The position numbers and the translations under genes were made by a program. Under the pieces are notes generated by a model. It saw nothing but the letters and a program-made list of their open reading frames with translations. It had not been told where the DNA came from and did not search any database. From NCBI GenBank assembly GCA_002104905.1, contig MCFE01000167.1:1-64000 (forward strand): a stretch of DNA of 64,000 nt. The letters run 5' to 3'. This DNA is from Basidiobolus meristosporus CBS 931.73 (lineage: Eukaryota > Fungi > Basidiobolomycota). Of this stretch, positions 63,906 through 64,000 are shown in pieces (within the stretch, counting starts at the first letter, position 1; every line of letters starts with the position of its first letter).

Positions 63906-64000
63906 GGATATGAAGGTAATGATCTAAGTGACTAAGTTAGGTGAGTATTTAGGTGGAAATATAAATTTTTACAACACTCCCACTCAGCTAAATGTTCATA
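63905..64000 (-). mobile_element. Copia family 1 PPT + start of 3' LTR; the element continues beyond the right edge
   Basis: The reverse complement ATTTAGCTGAGTGGGAG|TGTTGTAAAA matches 37830-37856. Confidence 0.8.

Noticed and set aside
17900-64000. Classical ascomycete RIP (CpA to TpA) as the main mutational process
   Set aside because: CA/TG dinucleotides are abundant, not depleted, and the dominant loss is CpG. A minor CpA component cannot be excluded without counting.
1-64000. tRNA or rRNA genes
   Set aside because: No cloverleaf with properly spaced A/B boxes and no rRNA conserved motifs were seen by eye; tRNAscan-SE or barrnap would be decisive.

Overview
Eukaryotic, fungal-looking DNA. 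The short GT-AG introns and gene families resemble an early-diverging fungus, but the taxon is inferred. The window has two compartments. (1) About 1-17,800 is CpG-rich and mostly unique. It holds four supportable genes (a coiled-coil protein running off the left edge, an O-fucosyltransferase/CigA-like protein, an Abf2/TFAM-like twin-HMG protein and a tandem-PAS protein), one probable orphan membrane protein gene and one nested solo-LTR island. (2) About 17,900-64,000 is an uninterrupted, strongly CpG-depleted nest of decayed transposons: two Ty1/copia families, at least two Ty3/gypsy families, a PIF/Harbinger family (TIR AGACTTGTTCC, AWT target duplications) with derived MITEs, and En/Spm(CACTA)-type transposase remnants. 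Many insertions can be ordered from their target-site duplications (TSDs). The most striking unexplained signals are: CpG loss that selectively spares GCG/CGC contexts; a TSD-flanked LTR-PBS-LTR mini-element; two separate micro-inversions in one LTR family; and an exactly 10-bp-phased GGCA array in a mini-MITE. I found no rRNA, tRNA or CRISPR array. All alignments and counts were done by eye, and the boundaries of decayed remnants are approximate.
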